A stretch of 64,000 nucleotides of DNA from Candidatus Zambryskibacteria bacterium RIFCSPLOWO2_02_FULL_51_21 (GCA_001824255.1 MHWQ01000002.1:57298-121297); one strand, 5' to 3'. Counted from the stretch's first letter, positions 28,181 to 39,330 are shown. Notes: a model not told the origin generated them from the sequence alone. A program made the numbers and translations.

Positions 28181-29231
28181 TTTAAAAAACTGGAAAAGGC
28201 ATCTGTCCCACGATGTTGGCATCGACCTCGGCACGGCCAATACCCTGGTCTACATGCGCGGGCGGGGCATTGTGGTAAATGAGCCATCGGTCGTGGCGGT
28301 AAACCAGAAGACCGGCCAGATTGTCGCCATCGGCACGGAAGCAAAAGCCATGTTTGGCCGAACGCCGGAGCACATTGTGGCCGTGAAGCCCTTGGTTGAC
28401 GGCGTTATTTCCGATTTCGAAACGACGGAAGAGATGGTGGCGTATCTCTTGAGCCGGGCTACCGCGGGTTCAAGAAAGTTATTATCTCCCCGAGTCGTTG
28501 TCGGGGTGCCTTCAAATATCACCAATGTCGAAATTCGCGCCGTGCGCGACGCCACCAGGAACGCCGGTGCGGGCGTCGTGCACATCGTCGAGGAGCCGAT
28601 GGCGGCGGCTATCGGCATGCGGCTTCCAATTCACGAGCCGGCCGGTTCCATGGTCATCGACATCGGCGGCGGCACAACTGACATCGCAGTCATATCGCTT
28701 GGCGGAGTGGTGAGGTCGAAGAACCTGCGCATCGCCGGGGACCGCTTCAATTTAGACATCATTTCGTACGTCAGAAACCAGTTCAAGATTCTCATTGGCG
28801 ATAAGACGGCCGAGGCGGTAAAGACTTCCATTGGCTCTGTCATGCCGACGCACGCGCCGCTTGAGGCGCCGGTCAAGGGCAGAGACCTTGTAACAGGGCT
28901 TCCCAAGGAAGTGATTCTTACTGATACCGATATCCGCGAAGCTCTGGCGCAGTCTATCGAGGCGCTCATCGAGGCGGTGCGCGAAGTGCTCGAATCCACT
29001 CCGCCGGAAATTCTCGCCGACGTTATGCAGCGCGGACTCCATCTCTCCGGCGGTGGCGCGCTTATCAAAGGTCTGGCGGACCTCATCGAAGAAGAGATTA
29101 ATATCCCCGTCCATGTGCCGGCCGACCCGCTGACCGCCGTTGCTCGCGGCTGCGGCATCATTCTCGAAGACATCGAAAGGTTCAAGGACGTGCTTGTCGC
29201 CAATGAAGATGAATTACCTCCAAAGAAATAG
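28167..29231 (+). CDS. mreB: Rod shape-determining protein MreB
   Basis: IDLGTANTLVY ... full actin-like MreB pattern. Confidence 0.9.
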   Translation: MNWPNLKNWKRHLSHDVGIDLGTANTLVYMRGRGIVVNEPSVVAVNQKTGQIVAIGTEAKAMFGRTPEHIVAVKPLVDGVISDFETTEEMVAYLLSRATAGSRKLLSPRVVVGVPSNITNVEIRAVRDATRNAGAGVVHIVEEPMAAAIGMRLPIHEPAGSMVIDIGGGTTDIAVISLGGVVRSKNLRIAGDRFNLDIISYVRNQFKILIGDKTAEAVKTSIGSVMPTHAPLEAPVKGRDLVTGLPKEVILTDTDIREALAQSIEALIEAVREVLESTPPEILADVMQRGLHLSGGGALIKGLADLIEEEINIPVHVPADPLTAVARGCGIILEDIERFKDVLVANEDELPPKK

Positions 29232-29985
29232 GCCGAGAAGCCCGATTGTGAAGCTCTCACTTGTGCTTCTGGGCCTCTTCGCGGCGGGCACAATCTTATT
29301 GTTCTTCCTGTCCGGGCCGGTAATCTCCCTGGTGTCTCCCCTGTGGCGCTCCGAGACTTGGGTCGGAACCCGAGTTTCGGGATTTTTGGAAATTTTCCGG
29401 ACCAAAAATTCGCTGATTTCCGAGAACGCGCGGCTTAGCGAACGATTGGCTGCTTTAGAGATTGAACTTGCCGCGAAAGCGCCGGGACTGGGAGAGAACG
29501 AATCCGTCGCAGCCCTCCTCGGCAGGAGACAGGAGGAGGGCGGCGTGGCGGCATCCGTCTTGGCCCGTCCGCCGCAGATTCCTTACGACACTTTCATCAT
29601 TGATGCAGGCTCGCGCGATACAGTCGCGGCCGGAGAAAGAGTTTTTATGTCCGAAGGGCCACTTCTCGGCACGATTGCGGACGCCTTCGCTTCTTCGGCG
29701 AAGGTAAGACTTTTGTCAACGTCCGGCGAAAAAACAGCGGCGGTGCTTGAGCGCCACGGCATCCCCGTTACTCTTGAGGGCGCGGGTGGAGGCAACTTCC
29801 GCGTGACGGTGCCGAGAGAGACAGAAGTGTCGGTAGGGGACAGAATTCTTTCCGCCGATATTGCCGGGCGGCTGGTGGCGGTGGTAGGCGATGTGGCTAT
29901 GGAACCGACCGACTCTTTCAAGCAAGTTCTCGCCGTGAGTCCGGCAAACATTTTCAACATCCGCTTCGTCTTGATAAGACCATAA
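29203..29985 (+). CDS. mreC: Rod shape-determining protein MreC (start uncertain: 29140 TTG, 29203 or 29209 ATG)
   Basis: N-terminal TM helix, a coiled-coil, then a beta domain (GDRILSADIAGRLVAVVGDV). Sits between mreB and mreD. Confidence 0.65.
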   Translation: MKMNYLQRNRPRSPIVKLSLVLLGLFAAGTILLFFLSGPVISLVSPLWRSETWVGTRVSGFLEIFRTKNSLISENARLSERLAALEIELAAKAPGLGENESVAALLGRRQEEGGVAASVLARPPQIPYDTFIIDAGSRDTVAAGERVFMSEGPLLGTIADAFASSAKVRLLSTSGEKTAAVLERHGIPVTLEGAGGGNFRVTVPRETEVSVGDRILSADIAGRLVAVVGDVAMEPTDSFKQVLAVSPANIFNIRFVLIRP

Positions 29986-30251
29986 TGAAGAACCTCCGCG
30001 TCATAAGCTCTATCGTACTGATTCTTTCGGTAATCTTCCTGCCGAGTTACATATACCTTCCGGCGCTGGCGCTGGCTATCATTGTCCTGCCGTTTTTCTG
30101 GGAAGGAGTGCTTATCGCTTTCCTCATAGATGCCTTGTACGGCCCCGGAGTCAGCTCTCTTGCATCAATTTTCTCAACCTTCGGTTTCTATAGCGCGGTA
30201 CTCCTTGCCGTCGTTGTGCCTGTGAGGCGTCGCCTTCGCACCTATGCGTAG
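29985..30251 (+). CDS. mreD: Rod shape-determining protein MreD-like small membrane protein
   Basis: 88-aa polytopic hydrophobic protein between mreC and PBP2. Confidence 0.5.
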   Translation: MKNLRVISSIVLILSVIFLPSYIYLPALALAIIVLPFFWEGVLIAFLIDALYGPGVSSLASIFSTFGFYSAVLLAVVVPVRRRLRTYA

Positions 30252-31926
30252 AAAAGTTATAAAAAATATAAAATATCAGGAAATAAATCCAGAGGACATC
30301 TTCCTCGATTCGGCCAACTTGCCTGGATTCGACGAGTACGCGCTCGAAGGCAGGATTGAACGGCCCATGGGCAACACGACCTTCACGGTCGTGAAGATTG
30401 TGTTAAGCATCATCATTTTGGTATTGGCCGGCAAACTCTGGATGCTCTCAGGGAAGGATGGCGAAGTGTATGCTCAGATTTCCGACCGTAACCGTCTGGA
30501 GGAAACCACCATCTTCGCCAACCGCGGCATTATCCTCGACCGAAACGGCGTTACGCTTGCCGAGAACAGCATCAAGGGGGATGACGCGGACTTCGCCGGG
30601 CGCATTTATGCCCCCATGCAGGGCTTGGCGCACGTCGTGGGCTACGTGAAGTATCCGAAGATGGATAGTTCGGGCATTTACTATGACAAAGAGTACCGGC
30701 CGCGCGACGGCGTCGAGCGCGCCTATGACGAAATTCTTCGGGGTAAAAACGGCGAGAAGCTTGTGGAAACGGATGTTGAGGGCTCTGTTACTTCCGAAAG
30801 CATCGTGGAGAAGCCCGTGGACGGCAAGACATTGACTCTCTCGATTGATGCCGGGGTTACCCAGGCCATGCACGAGGCCATCGCGGCGCTCGCCAGAACT
30901 AGCGGCTTCGTCGGCGGAGCCGGAGTGATTATGGACGTCAATACCGGCGAAATTCTCGCACTCACGAGCTATCCGGAATACAACCAGAACGCCATGACCA
31001 AAGGGGTTGACCAGCAAACTTTCGATTCTTTGATAAAGGGTGGAGGCAAACCCTTCCTCGACCGCGCGGTTGGCGGTCTCTACACGCCCGGCTCCATCGT
31101 GAAGCCGATACTCGCATTGGCGGCTCTGAATGAGAAGATAATTTCTCCCAATAAGGAAATTCTCTCTACAGGTTCCATCACTGTTCCCAATCCTTACGAC
31201 CCGGACAAGCCCTCCGTCTTCGGCGACTGGAAGGCGCACGGCTGGACGGCCATGAAGGAGGCGATTGCCGTCTCTTCCGACACCTACTTCTACTCGATCG
31301 GCGGCGGCTTCGGTGGGCAAAAAGGTCTCGGCATCGGCCTCATCGACAAATATTTCAAAATGTTCATGCTCGAGGAGCCCACCGGCATTGAGCTTCTGGG
31401 TGAAGAGACCGGGCTCATACCGACGCCGGAATGGAAGGCGGAGAAATTCGACGGCGACATCTGGCGCTTGGGAGATACCTACATTACCGCAATCGGTCAA
31501 TACGGCACCCAGCTTACGCCGCTTGAGGCGGTGCGCTTCGTTGCCGCCATAGCGAACAAGGGAAGAGTTCTTAAACCCACGCTTCTCGCGAGTTCGACGC
31601 CCGTCGCGGTGAGGACAATCTCTTTCCGCGACGAAGATTGGAAGGTGGTGCGCGAAGGCATGAGGGAGAGCGTGACCTACGGCACTTCCGTAGGTCTCAA
31701 CGTGCCATATGTTGCGGCGGCGGGCAAGACCGGCACGGCCGAGCTTGGCGCGGGCAAGAAGTACGTGCACTCGTGGTCGGTGGGCTTCTTCCCGTATGAC
31801 AATCCGCGCTATGCTTGGGCGGTCATTATGGAGAAAGGCCCTTCCACCAATACTATCGGCGCTACCTCCGTCATGCGGCAAGTGCTCGATTGGATGTCCA
31901 TCTACTCCCCGGAATATTTCCAATAA
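30244..31926 (+). CDS. mrdA: Penicillin-binding protein 2 (elongasome transpeptidase)
   Basis: N-terminal TM helix. SIVKP (SxxK), SSD (SxN-like) and KTGTA motifs. Confidence 0.8.
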   Translation: MRRKVIKNIKYQEINPEDIFLDSANLPGFDEYALEGRIERPMGNTTFTVVKIVLSIIILVLAGKLWMLSGKDGEVYAQISDRNRLEETTIFANRGIILDRNGVTLAENSIKGDDADFAGRIYAPMQGLAHVVGYVKYPKMDSSGIYYDKEYRPRDGVERAYDEILRGKNGEKLVETDVEGSVTSESIVEKPVDGKTLTLSIDAGVTQAMHEAIAALARTSGFVGGAGVIMDVNTGEILALTSYPEYNQNAMTKGVDQQTFDSLIKGGGKPFLDRAVGGLYTPGSIVKPILALAALNEKIISPNKEILSTGSITVPNPYDPDKPSVFGDWKAHGWTAMKEAIAVSSDTYFYSIGGGFGGQKGLGIGLIDKYFKMFMLEEPTGIELLGEETGLIPTPEWKAEKFDGDIWRLGDTYITAIGQYGTQLTPLEAVRFVAAIANKGRVLKPTLLASSTPVAVRTISFRDEDWKVVREGMRESVTYGTSVGLNVPYVAAAGKTGTAELGAGKKYVHSWSVGFFPYDNPRYAWAVIMEKGPSTNTIGATSVMRQVLDWMSIYSPEYFQ

Positions 31927-31995
31927 ACAGTTTATGATTGCTTTAAAGACGGTTGGGGAGTATCATTACTGGCCATTATTCATAGCAACAGCTCC

Positions 31996-32463
31996 ATGGA
32001 GGCAACTCAGGAATATCTGACCAAAGAGAAGTTCGCGGAATTGGAAAAAGAACTTCAAAATCTCAAGACCGTCAAGCGCAAAGAAGTGGCGGAAGCGCTT
32101 GAATATGCCAAGTCTCTCGGCGACCTCTCCGAGAACCACGAATACCAGGAAGCGCGCGACAGCCAGGCCGTGCTCGAGGACAGAATCAGCCGCCTGGAGA
32201 AAATTCTCAAGACCGCGGCAATTGTCTCCGTCCAGAACGCGAGTCTCGTGGGCGTGGGCTCGGTCATAACCCTTGAGCGTGAGTCGGATAAAAGCAAGAA
32301 AACTTTCACCATCGTGGGCTCGGAGGAAGCCGATGCTTCCAAAGGCATGATATCCACCCGCTCGCCCCTGGGCTCTGCCGCTCTCGGCAAGTCGAAAGGG
32401 GACACGTTCTCATTTGAAACTCCCTCTGGTACAATGTCGTATAAGATTACCGACATTAAGTAA
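31996..32463 (+). CDS. greA: Transcription elongation factor GreA
   Basis: LTKEKFAELEKEL...GDLSENHEY... Confidence 0.85.
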   Translation: MEATQEYLTKEKFAELEKELQNLKTVKRKEVAEALEYAKSLGDLSENHEYQEARDSQAVLEDRISRLEKILKTAAIVSVQNASLVGVGSVITLERESDKSKKTFTIVGSEEADASKGMISTRSPLGSAALGKSKGDTFSFETPSGTMSYKITDIK

Positions 32464-33933
32464 ATGAGCTCACTAGAGGAAATACGTGCGGCAAGGTTTG
32501 AGAAGCTCAAACTTCTGGAGAAGAAGGGTATAAATCCGTATCCGGCTTCGACTGCCCGTACTCACACTTGCGCGGAAGCAAGAAAAGAATTCGAAGCAGA
32601 GAAAGAAATGGTTCTGGCCGGCCGCATCATGTCTCTTCGGGCGCAGGGGAAAATTATTTTCTTTGATATCAATGACGGGTCTGGCCGTTTCCAGATATTT
32701 CTCAAAAAAGGCGACCCGATTTCGGACGAAAATTTCGAACTCTTCGAACAAGCTTTTGACATCGGGGATTTCGTAGAGGTGAAAGGCACGCTTTTCCTCA
32801 CCAAACAAGACGAGAAGACCCTCCTCGCCGGGGAGGTAAAAATGCTCTCGAAATCGCTTCTGCCCCTGCCCGAGAAGTGGCACGGTCTCTCCGATGTCGA
32901 AGAGCGCTTCCGCAAGCGTTATTTGGATTTGCTCTCGAATCCGGAAGTGAGGCAGATTTTCGAGCTCAAGGAGAAATTCTGGAAATCGGTCAGAGACTTT
33001 TTGAAAAAAGAGGGATTCATGGAAGTGGAAACGCCCACACTCGAAGTTACCACCGGCGGCGCCGAGGCCAGGCCCTTCAAAACTCATCATAACGATTTCG
33101 ATGTCGATGTTTATCTGCGCATTTCCGTAGGCGAGCTATGGCAGAAGCGTCTCATGGCCGGAGGATTCCCGAAAACATTTGAAATCGGCCGCGTTTACCG
33201 GAACGAGGGCTCTTCTCCGGAGCACCTCCAGGAATTCACCAATATGGAATTTTACGCCGCTTACATGAATTTCGAGAACGGCAAGGAATTAATCAAGAAA
33301 CTTTACAGGACCGTCGCCTGGGAGGTCTTCGGCAAATCTACTTTCGAAACCAGGGGGCACAAATTCGACCTCGAAGATGAATGGCAGGACCTGGATTACG
33401 TCGAGACGGTGAAGAAAATGACCGGTGTTGATGTAATCAACGACAGCGAAGACAAACTTCGCTCGAAGCTCGAAGAGCTTGGCGTCAAGTACGACGGCGA
33501 GAATCGCGAGAGGATGACCGACAGCTTGTGGAAACATTGCCGCAAATCCATTTCCGGCCCGGCGTTTCTCATCAATCATCCGAAGCTCATCGCCCCGCTT
33601 TCCAAAGAGCATCCGGACAATCCGAATCTGACTAAGACCTTCCAGGTCATCATTGCCGGGAGCGAGATCGGCCGTGCTCACGCGGAACTCAATGACCCTA
33701 TGGACCAGGCCAGGAGATTTGTAAAGCAGAAAGAGCTTATCGAGAGGGGAGACGAAGAGGCGATGATGCCCGACGACGAATTCGTCGAGATGCTCGAATA
33801 CGGCATGCCGCCAACCTTCGGCTTCGGCTTCGGCGAACGCTTCTTCGCCTTCCTCGTCGACAAACCGCTTCGCGAAACCCAGCTTTTCCCTCTGATGCGT
33901 CCGAAAACATTAAATATTAACGTTCATAACTAA
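32464..33933 (+). CDS. lysS: Lysine--tRNA ligase (class II)
   Basis: OB-fold N-terminus. FEIGRVYRNEG and FTNMEFY motifs. Confidence 0.85.
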   Translation: MSSLEEIRAARFEKLKLLEKKGINPYPASTARTHTCAEARKEFEAEKEMVLAGRIMSLRAQGKIIFFDINDGSGRFQIFLKKGDPISDENFELFEQAFDIGDFVEVKGTLFLTKQDEKTLLAGEVKMLSKSLLPLPEKWHGLSDVEERFRKRYLDLLSNPEVRQIFELKEKFWKSVRDFLKKEGFMEVETPTLEVTTGGAEARPFKTHHNDFDVDVYLRISVGELWQKRLMAGGFPKTFEIGRVYRNEGSSPEHLQEFTNMEFYAAYMNFENGKELIKKLYRTVAWEVFGKSTFETRGHKFDLEDEWQDLDYVETVKKMTGVDVINDSEDKLRSKLEELGVKYDGENRERMTDSLWKHCRKSISGPAFLINHPKLIAPLSKEHPDNPNLTKTFQVIIAGSEIGRAHAELNDPMDQARRFVKQKELIERGDEEAMMPDDEFVEMLEYGMPPTFGFGFGERFFAFLVDKPLRETQLFPLMRPKTLNINVHN

Positions 33934-33959
33934 AAAGCCCAGAACCGAGGCCTTTTAAT

Positions 33960-35681
33960 TTATTTTCTCTCTTTTATTTCCGTTTTGAGTTTCTCTATCA
34001 GTTCTTCGATGCCCTGAGCTCCTTCATTGCCCCTGTCGCGGCTTTCGACGGTGACCTTTTTATCATTAAGTTCCTTGTCTCCGATTACTAGGGCGTAGGG
34101 AATCTTCTCAGTTTTGAAATTACGGATTTTTTTGCCCAAAGTCTCGTCCGAAACGTCGAGCTCGGCGCGAATGCCGGCCGCTTTCATTTTATCCAAAACA
34201 CTCGTCGCGTATTCGAAATGCGCTTCACCGATGGGGAGAATTCTCGCCTGCACGGGCGCGAGCCAGAGAGGAAAAGCGCCGGCGTAGTGCTCTATTAAGC
34301 CACCAAAGAATCGCTCCATCGACCCTACTAATACTCGGTGGAGCATTACTGGTCTATGGGCCCTGCCATCTGATCCTATATATTCCATCTTAAATCTTTC
34401 CGGAAGATTAAAATCAAGTTGCACTGTCGGGCCTTGCCACTTTCGTCCAAGAGAATCAATAAGTTTAAAGTCTAGTTTCGGACCATAGAAAGCCCCTCCT
34501 CCGGCATCGATAGTATATTCCTTACCTTCTTTTTCCAATACTTCCTTTAAGAGATTTTCAGCCTTTTCCCACACTTCGCTTGAACCGATGGCTTTCTCTG
34601 GCCTGGTTGAAAGTTCGATAGAGTAAGGGTAGCGAAAAGTCTTAAGCATCTCATCAACTAGGGAGAGTAGTTCCTTCACTTCATTTTCTACCTGTTCGGG
34701 TGTGCAGAATATGTGAGCATCATCTTGGGTAAAACCGCGTACACGTAAGAGACCTTGGAGCGTGCCACTTAATTCATAGCGGTAAACCGTGCCGAATTCT
34801 GCAAAACGTAGCGGGAGGTCGCGATAAGAGTGTACGCGTGATTGGTAAATACAAATATGCCCCGGGCAGTTCATTGGTTTGAGACGGTATTTTTCTCCCT
34901 CAATCTCCATTGGGCCATACATGCTGTCAATGTAGTTTTCCAAATGCCCTGATTCCATGAAGAGTTTTTCGCTGGCAATATGAGGTGTATATACCAAGTC
35001 ATAGCCATGCTTCAAAACTAGTTCTCTTTCGTAATCCTCAATTTCTTTGCGAATGATACCGCCTTTTGGATGCCACAAAATCAAGCCTTGGCCAAGCCGT
35101 TCGTCGACGGAGAAAAGATTGAGTTCTGCCCCCAGTTTTCTGTGGTCTCTCTTTTTGGCTTCTTCCTGCTGTTTCTCGTACGCTTCGAGCTCCTCTCCGG
35201 TTTCGAAAGCTAAGCCGTAAATCCTGGTAAGCATTTTGTTCTTCTCATCTCCGCGCCAATATGCTCCGGCTAAGTGGGAGAGTTTCCAGGAATCCGGCTC
35301 GATTTCCTTCATTTCCTCGACATGCCCACCGCGGCAAAGATCGGTGAATTGGCCGGAAGTGTATAAGGTAAGAGGCTCGCCCTTGGAGACAATCTCGTCG
35401 ATAAGTTCAAGTTTGTAAGGGTTGTCTTTGAAAAATTCCTTGACTTCTTTCTCCGTCACATCCTTTTTCTCGAAGCCCCTCCATCCGTTCGAGAGCTTCT
35501 TCATTTTCTTCTCGATTTCCTTGAGGTCAGTGTCAGAAATGGGAGAAGGGAAGTCGAAATCGTAATAGAAGCCGTTGTCTATAGCCGGACCGATAGTATT
35601 TTTGGCATCAGGATAAAGCTCAAGAACCGCCGCCGCCAAGAGGTGAGCGAGAGAATGGCGTTTTTCTTCGATTTTGCTCAT
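33960..35681 (-). CDS. thrS: Threonine--tRNA ligase (lacks N-terminal TGS/editing domains)
   Basis: HSLAHLLAAAV...; PMNCPGH; class II core plus an anticodon-binding domain. Confidence 0.85.
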   Translation of the reverse strand: MSKIEEKRHSLAHLLAAAVLELYPDAKNTIGPAIDNGFYYDFDFPSPISDTDLKEIEKKMKKLSNGWRGFEKKDVTEKEVKEFFKDNPYKLELIDEIVSKGEPLTLYTSGQFTDLCRGGHVEEMKEIEPDSWKLSHLAGAYWRGDEKNKMLTRIYGLAFETGEELEAYEKQQEEAKKRDHRKLGAELNLFSVDERLGQGLILWHPKGGIIRKEIEDYERELVLKHGYDLVYTPHIASEKLFMESGHLENYIDSMYGPMEIEGEKYRLKPMNCPGHICIYQSRVHSYRDLPLRFAEFGTVYRYELSGTLQGLLRVRGFTQDDAHIFCTPEQVENEVKELLSLVDEMLKTFRYPYSIELSTRPEKAIGSSEVWEKAENLLKEVLEKEGKEYTIDAGGGAFYGPKLDFKLIDSLGRKWQGPTVQLDFNLPERFKMEYIGSDGRAHRPVMLHRVLVGSMERFFGGLIEHYAGAFPLWLAPVQARILPIGEAHFEYATSVLDKMKAAGIRAELDVSDETLGKKIRNFKTEKIPYALVIGDKELNDKKVTVESRDRGNEGAQGIEELIEKLKTEIKERK

Positions 35682-35690
35682 TGCTACATC

Positions 35691-38600
35691 CTACAAGGCC
35701 TTAATCTTTTCGGCAATGAAGGAGGTATCGCCTTTGCGCTTGCTTACGCGGCCCTTGAGGGCGATGCAGGTTTGCGGTTCGACGAACTGGCGGAATTCGG
35801 AGAGGACGCGCGGGAAGATGGCCACTTCGACCGTGCCCGAGAAGTCGGAGAGCTTCATAAAGACCATGCGTTCGTTGTTCTTGGTCAATACGTCTCTCGC
35901 TTCCTCGACCATGCCGCCGATGACCGCCACGGCGCCGTCCGGCATGCCGGCGAGCTTCGATATGCTCATGTCCTTGCTCAAGAGCTTGTCACGGTGCTCC
36001 TCGAGCGGATGGCCGGAGATATAGAGGCCGAGAAGGTCCTTCTCCCACGCGAGCTTTTCTCTCTGCGTCACTTCGGGGAACTTGGCCAATCTCAGAGCCG
36101 GCGTCGCTTCGGCGGAGAAGAGCGAACCCTGATTATCGTCGCTATTCGCTCTCTCTTTGTGATAGGCGAGCAGCGTTTCTAGGTTGCCGAGCAATTCTCC
36201 TCTTTCTCCAAATTCATCTAGCGCGCCGGCCTTGATAAGCGATTCAAGCGATTTCTTATTCAAATTTTTATCCTTCACCCGGTCGAGGAAATCCGGCAGC
36301 GATTTGAATTTGCCGTTCGCTTTACGTTCGGCTGTAATGGACGAAGAAATGCCCTGGCCGAAGTTCTTGATGGTGACCAGGCCGAAGCGGATTTTGTGCT
36401 TGCCGTCATCGCCTTTGATAACGCTGAATTGCGAGAAACTTTCGTTGATGGAAGGCGGCAAGACATCGATGCCCATACGCTTGCACTCGGCGACCATTAT
36501 GCCCACGGTGTCCACGTCGCCGGATTCGGCTGTAAGAACCGCTGACATATAAATGGCCGGGTAATTGGCCTTGAGATAAGCCGTCACATACGCAATGTGG
36601 CCGTAACTTGCCGCGTGCGCCTTGTTGAAGCCGTATCCCTGGAAGGGGACGAAAAGCTGCCAGAGCGCTTCGGCTTTCTCTTCTGTCATGCCGCCGTTCT
36701 TGATACAGCCCTCGACGAACATGACGTGCTGCTTCTTCATCTCCTCGGGAATTTTCTTGCCCACCGCTTTCCTGAATTTGTCCACTTCGCCCCAAGTGTA
36801 TCCGGCCACTTCAATCGCGGTCATAAGAAGGTCGTCCTGGTAGACGAGCACTCCGTAAGTCGTGTCGAGGAAGCCTTTCATCTTCGGATGGAGATATGTG
36901 ACGGGTTTCTTGCCGTGCTTTCTCGCAATATATTCCTGGATGTTATCCATCGGTCCCGGACGATAGAGGGCCACCATGACGTTGATGTCGTGGATATTGG
37001 TCGGCTTCAAATCCATAAGCGCTTTGGTCATGCCGGAGCCATTGAGCTGGAAAGTTCCCTCCGTCTCGCCTCGCGCGAGCATCTGGAAGGTTTTCTTGTC
37101 GTCAGTCGGGATATCTTCTATATGAATAATTTTTCCATCAATCTTCTCTATGCGGGCGAAGGTGTCGGAGATGATAGCCAGGTTTCTAATGCCCAGGAAA
37201 TCGAACTTGAGCAGGCCGGCTTCTTCAATCGAATACATATCGTACTGGGTGATAATTTTCTGCTCGCCCTTGGTGTCGTACTGAAGCGCGGTGTAGTCGA
37301 TGAGCGACGTAGGGGCAATGACGACGCCTGCGGCATGGACCGAGATGTGTCTGGCGTTGCCCTCAATCGACTTAGCCATATCCATGACGCTCTTCGCCTC
37401 ACCGTTTTCTTCATAGAGCTTCCTTAGGTCCGGGTTCTCTTTCATGGCCCGGTCGATGGTCATAGGGAATCCCTGCGCGCCAAGCGGTATGAGCTTGGCT
37501 ATCTGGTCACCCAGAGCGTAAGGCAGACCCATAGCTCTTGTGACGTCTCTCACGGCGCCGCGGGCCATCATGGTGCCGAAGGTGCCGATTTGAGCCACGT
37601 GGTCCACGCCGTAAATACCCTTCGCGTATTCGATGAGTTCGTCGCGCCTGTTGTCAGCGATGTCGAGGTCGATATCCGGCGGCGATGGTCTGTCGGGGTT
37701 TAGGAAGCGTTCGAAAGGCAGGGCGAATTTTATCGGGTCGACCGTGGTGATACCTGCGAGATACGTGACCATGGAGCCGGCCGCCGAACCCCTGGTATTG
37801 GTGAGGATGCCGTGCTCATGCGCGTAGCGCAGAAGGTCGGCGGTGACCAGGAAGTACGGCGTGTAGCCCTTCTTCCTGATGACGCCGAGTTCGTATTCTA
37901 TACGCTCGAGAATTTCCGGAGTTTCCTTGATCTCCCGCTCCTTAAGCCCTTTATAGACGAGGTCCTTAAGCTCTTCATCGTAAGTTTTTCCTCCCTCCGC
38001 GATGTAAGTGGGGAAGACCCATCTACCAAGCTCGAGGTGGAGATTGCAGCGCAGGGCGATTTCGGCTGTCTTCTTCAACGCTTCCGGATTCTTCTTGTAA
38101 TCCTTCTTCGCTTCTTCTCCGGTGCGGAAGTGGAGGTCTTCGTTTTCTTCGAAACTGCCGCGATTTATAAATTCCTGGATAGACTTTACCGTCTCGAAGG
38201 CCGGCCGGTTTTCCGGTTCGAGATAATAGACATCGTATATGGCCAGTTCGCTTTCGAGGAAGAAATTCTTGCCGAATATTTCTTTGTAGTACTTTTCTTC
38301 TTTGGCTATAGCGATAAGCCCCTCGTTATATTTCTCCAAAAGTTCTTTGTCTATGCGCGGCTTATAATAGAAACCTTCGAGATAAGAAGCGGTGACGAGC
38401 TTCAGAAGATTTTTGTAACCGGTCTCATTCTCGGCCAGGAGGACCAGCCGGCTCCGCTGGTTGTCCACCCGAGCCTCCTTGTCGTGACGAGTGCGGATAG
38501 CGACGTAGAAATCGACGCCGATAATCGGTTTGATGCCGTTCTCTTTGCATTCTTTATAGAACTCGATGGCGCCATAGAGATTGCCCGAGTCGGTGAGGGC

Positions 38601-38717
38601 GAGCGTCTCCATGCCGCACCTCTTTGCCTTCTTGACGAGGTCGGGAATCTTCGGCAAAGCCTCAAGGAGGGAATAGTGGGAGTGGACGCGAAGGTGGACG
38701 AACTTCGACATGGGCAT
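35691..38717 (-). CDS. dnaE: DNA polymerase III alpha subunit (short, 1008 aa)
   Basis: N-terminal PHP domain (HLRVHSHYSLLEA) and polymerase core motifs. Confidence 0.85.
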   Translation of the reverse strand: MPMSKFVHLRVHSHYSLLEALPKIPDLVKKAKRCGMETLALTDSGNLYGAIEFYKECKENGIKPIIGVDFYVAIRTRHDKEARVDNQRSRLVLLAENETGYKNLLKLVTASYLEGFYYKPRIDKELLEKYNEGLIAIAKEEKYYKEIFGKNFFLESELAIYDVYYLEPENRPAFETVKSIQEFINRGSFEENEDLHFRTGEEAKKDYKKNPEALKKTAEIALRCNLHLELGRWVFPTYIAEGGKTYDEELKDLVYKGLKEREIKETPEILERIEYELGVIRKKGYTPYFLVTADLLRYAHEHGILTNTRGSAAGSMVTYLAGITTVDPIKFALPFERFLNPDRPSPPDIDLDIADNRRDELIEYAKGIYGVDHVAQIGTFGTMMARGAVRDVTRAMGLPYALGDQIAKLIPLGAQGFPMTIDRAMKENPDLRKLYEENGEAKSVMDMAKSIEGNARHISVHAAGVVIAPTSLIDYTALQYDTKGEQKIITQYDMYSIEEAGLLKFDFLGIRNLAIISDTFARIEKIDGKIIHIEDIPTDDKKTFQMLARGETEGTFQLNGSGMTKALMDLKPTNIHDINVMVALYRPGPMDNIQEYIARKHGKKPVTYLHPKMKGFLDTTYGVLVYQDDLLMTAIEVAGYTWGEVDKFRKAVGKKIPEEMKKQHVMFVEGCIKNGGMTEEKAEALWQLFVPFQGYGFNKAHAASYGHIAYVTAYLKANYPAIYMSAVLTAESGDVDTVGIMVAECKRMGIDVLPPSINESFSQFSVIKGDDGKHKIRFGLVTIKNFGQGISSSITAERKANGKFKSLPDFLDRVKDKNLNKKSLESLIKAGALDEFGERGELLGNLETLLAYHKERANSDDNQGSLFSAEATPALRLAKFPEVTQREKLAWEKDLLGLYISGHPLEEHRDKLLSKDMSISKLAGMPDGAVAVIGGMVEEARDVLTKNNERMVFMKLSDFSGTVEVAIFPRVLSEFRQFVEPQTCIALKGRVSKRKGDTSFIAEKIKAL

Positions 38718-38736
38718 AGTATAATACAGACATCTG

Positions 38737-39330
38737 ATGAGTCATATCGTAGGCATCGATGAAGCGGGCAGAGGGCCACTTGCTGGTCCGGTCGCTGTTG
38801 GGGCGGTGCGGATGCCGGACAAATTCGACAAAAGATTTTTCAAAGGCATAAAGGATTCCAAACAACTCTCGCCGGAGGAGCGCGAGTTTTGGTTTGCCCT
38901 GGCGGAGGAAGGCAGAAGAAATAACGAACTTGACTTCCGCGTCTCTCTCGTATCGGAGAAGGTGATAGACAGGCACGGCATCGCCTACGCCATACGCCTC
39001 GGCATCAAGCGCGTCTTGAAAGGATTGGAAATTGTCGGAAGCGATTCCCAAATATTTCTCGATGGCGGGATTAAGGCGCCGGTCGAATTCAAGCACCAAC
39101 TGACGGTTATAAGAGGGGATGAGAAGATTCCCGTAATTTCCCTCGCCTCAATTTGCGCCAAAGTAGTAAGGGATAGAAAAATGATTAATTTTTCTAAGAA
39201 ATATCCCGAGTACGACTTCGACCAGCATAAGGGCTATGGCACGAGGATGCACCGGCTGGCAATACAGAAATACGGCTTAACGGAGCTGCATAGAAGGAGT
39301 TTTACCCGCAGGTTGACAGAGGCAAAGTAA
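38737..39330 (+). CDS. rnhB: Ribonuclease HII
   Basis: IVGIDEAGRGPLAGPV. Confidence 0.85.
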   Translation: MSHIVGIDEAGRGPLAGPVAVGAVRMPDKFDKRFFKGIKDSKQLSPEEREFWFALAEEGRRNNELDFRVSLVSEKVIDRHGIAYAIRLGIKRVLKGLEIVGSDSQIFLDGGIKAPVEFKHQLTVIRGDEKIPVISLASICAKVVRDRKMINFSKKYPEYDFDQHKGYGTRMHRLAIQKYGLTELHRRSFTRRLTEAK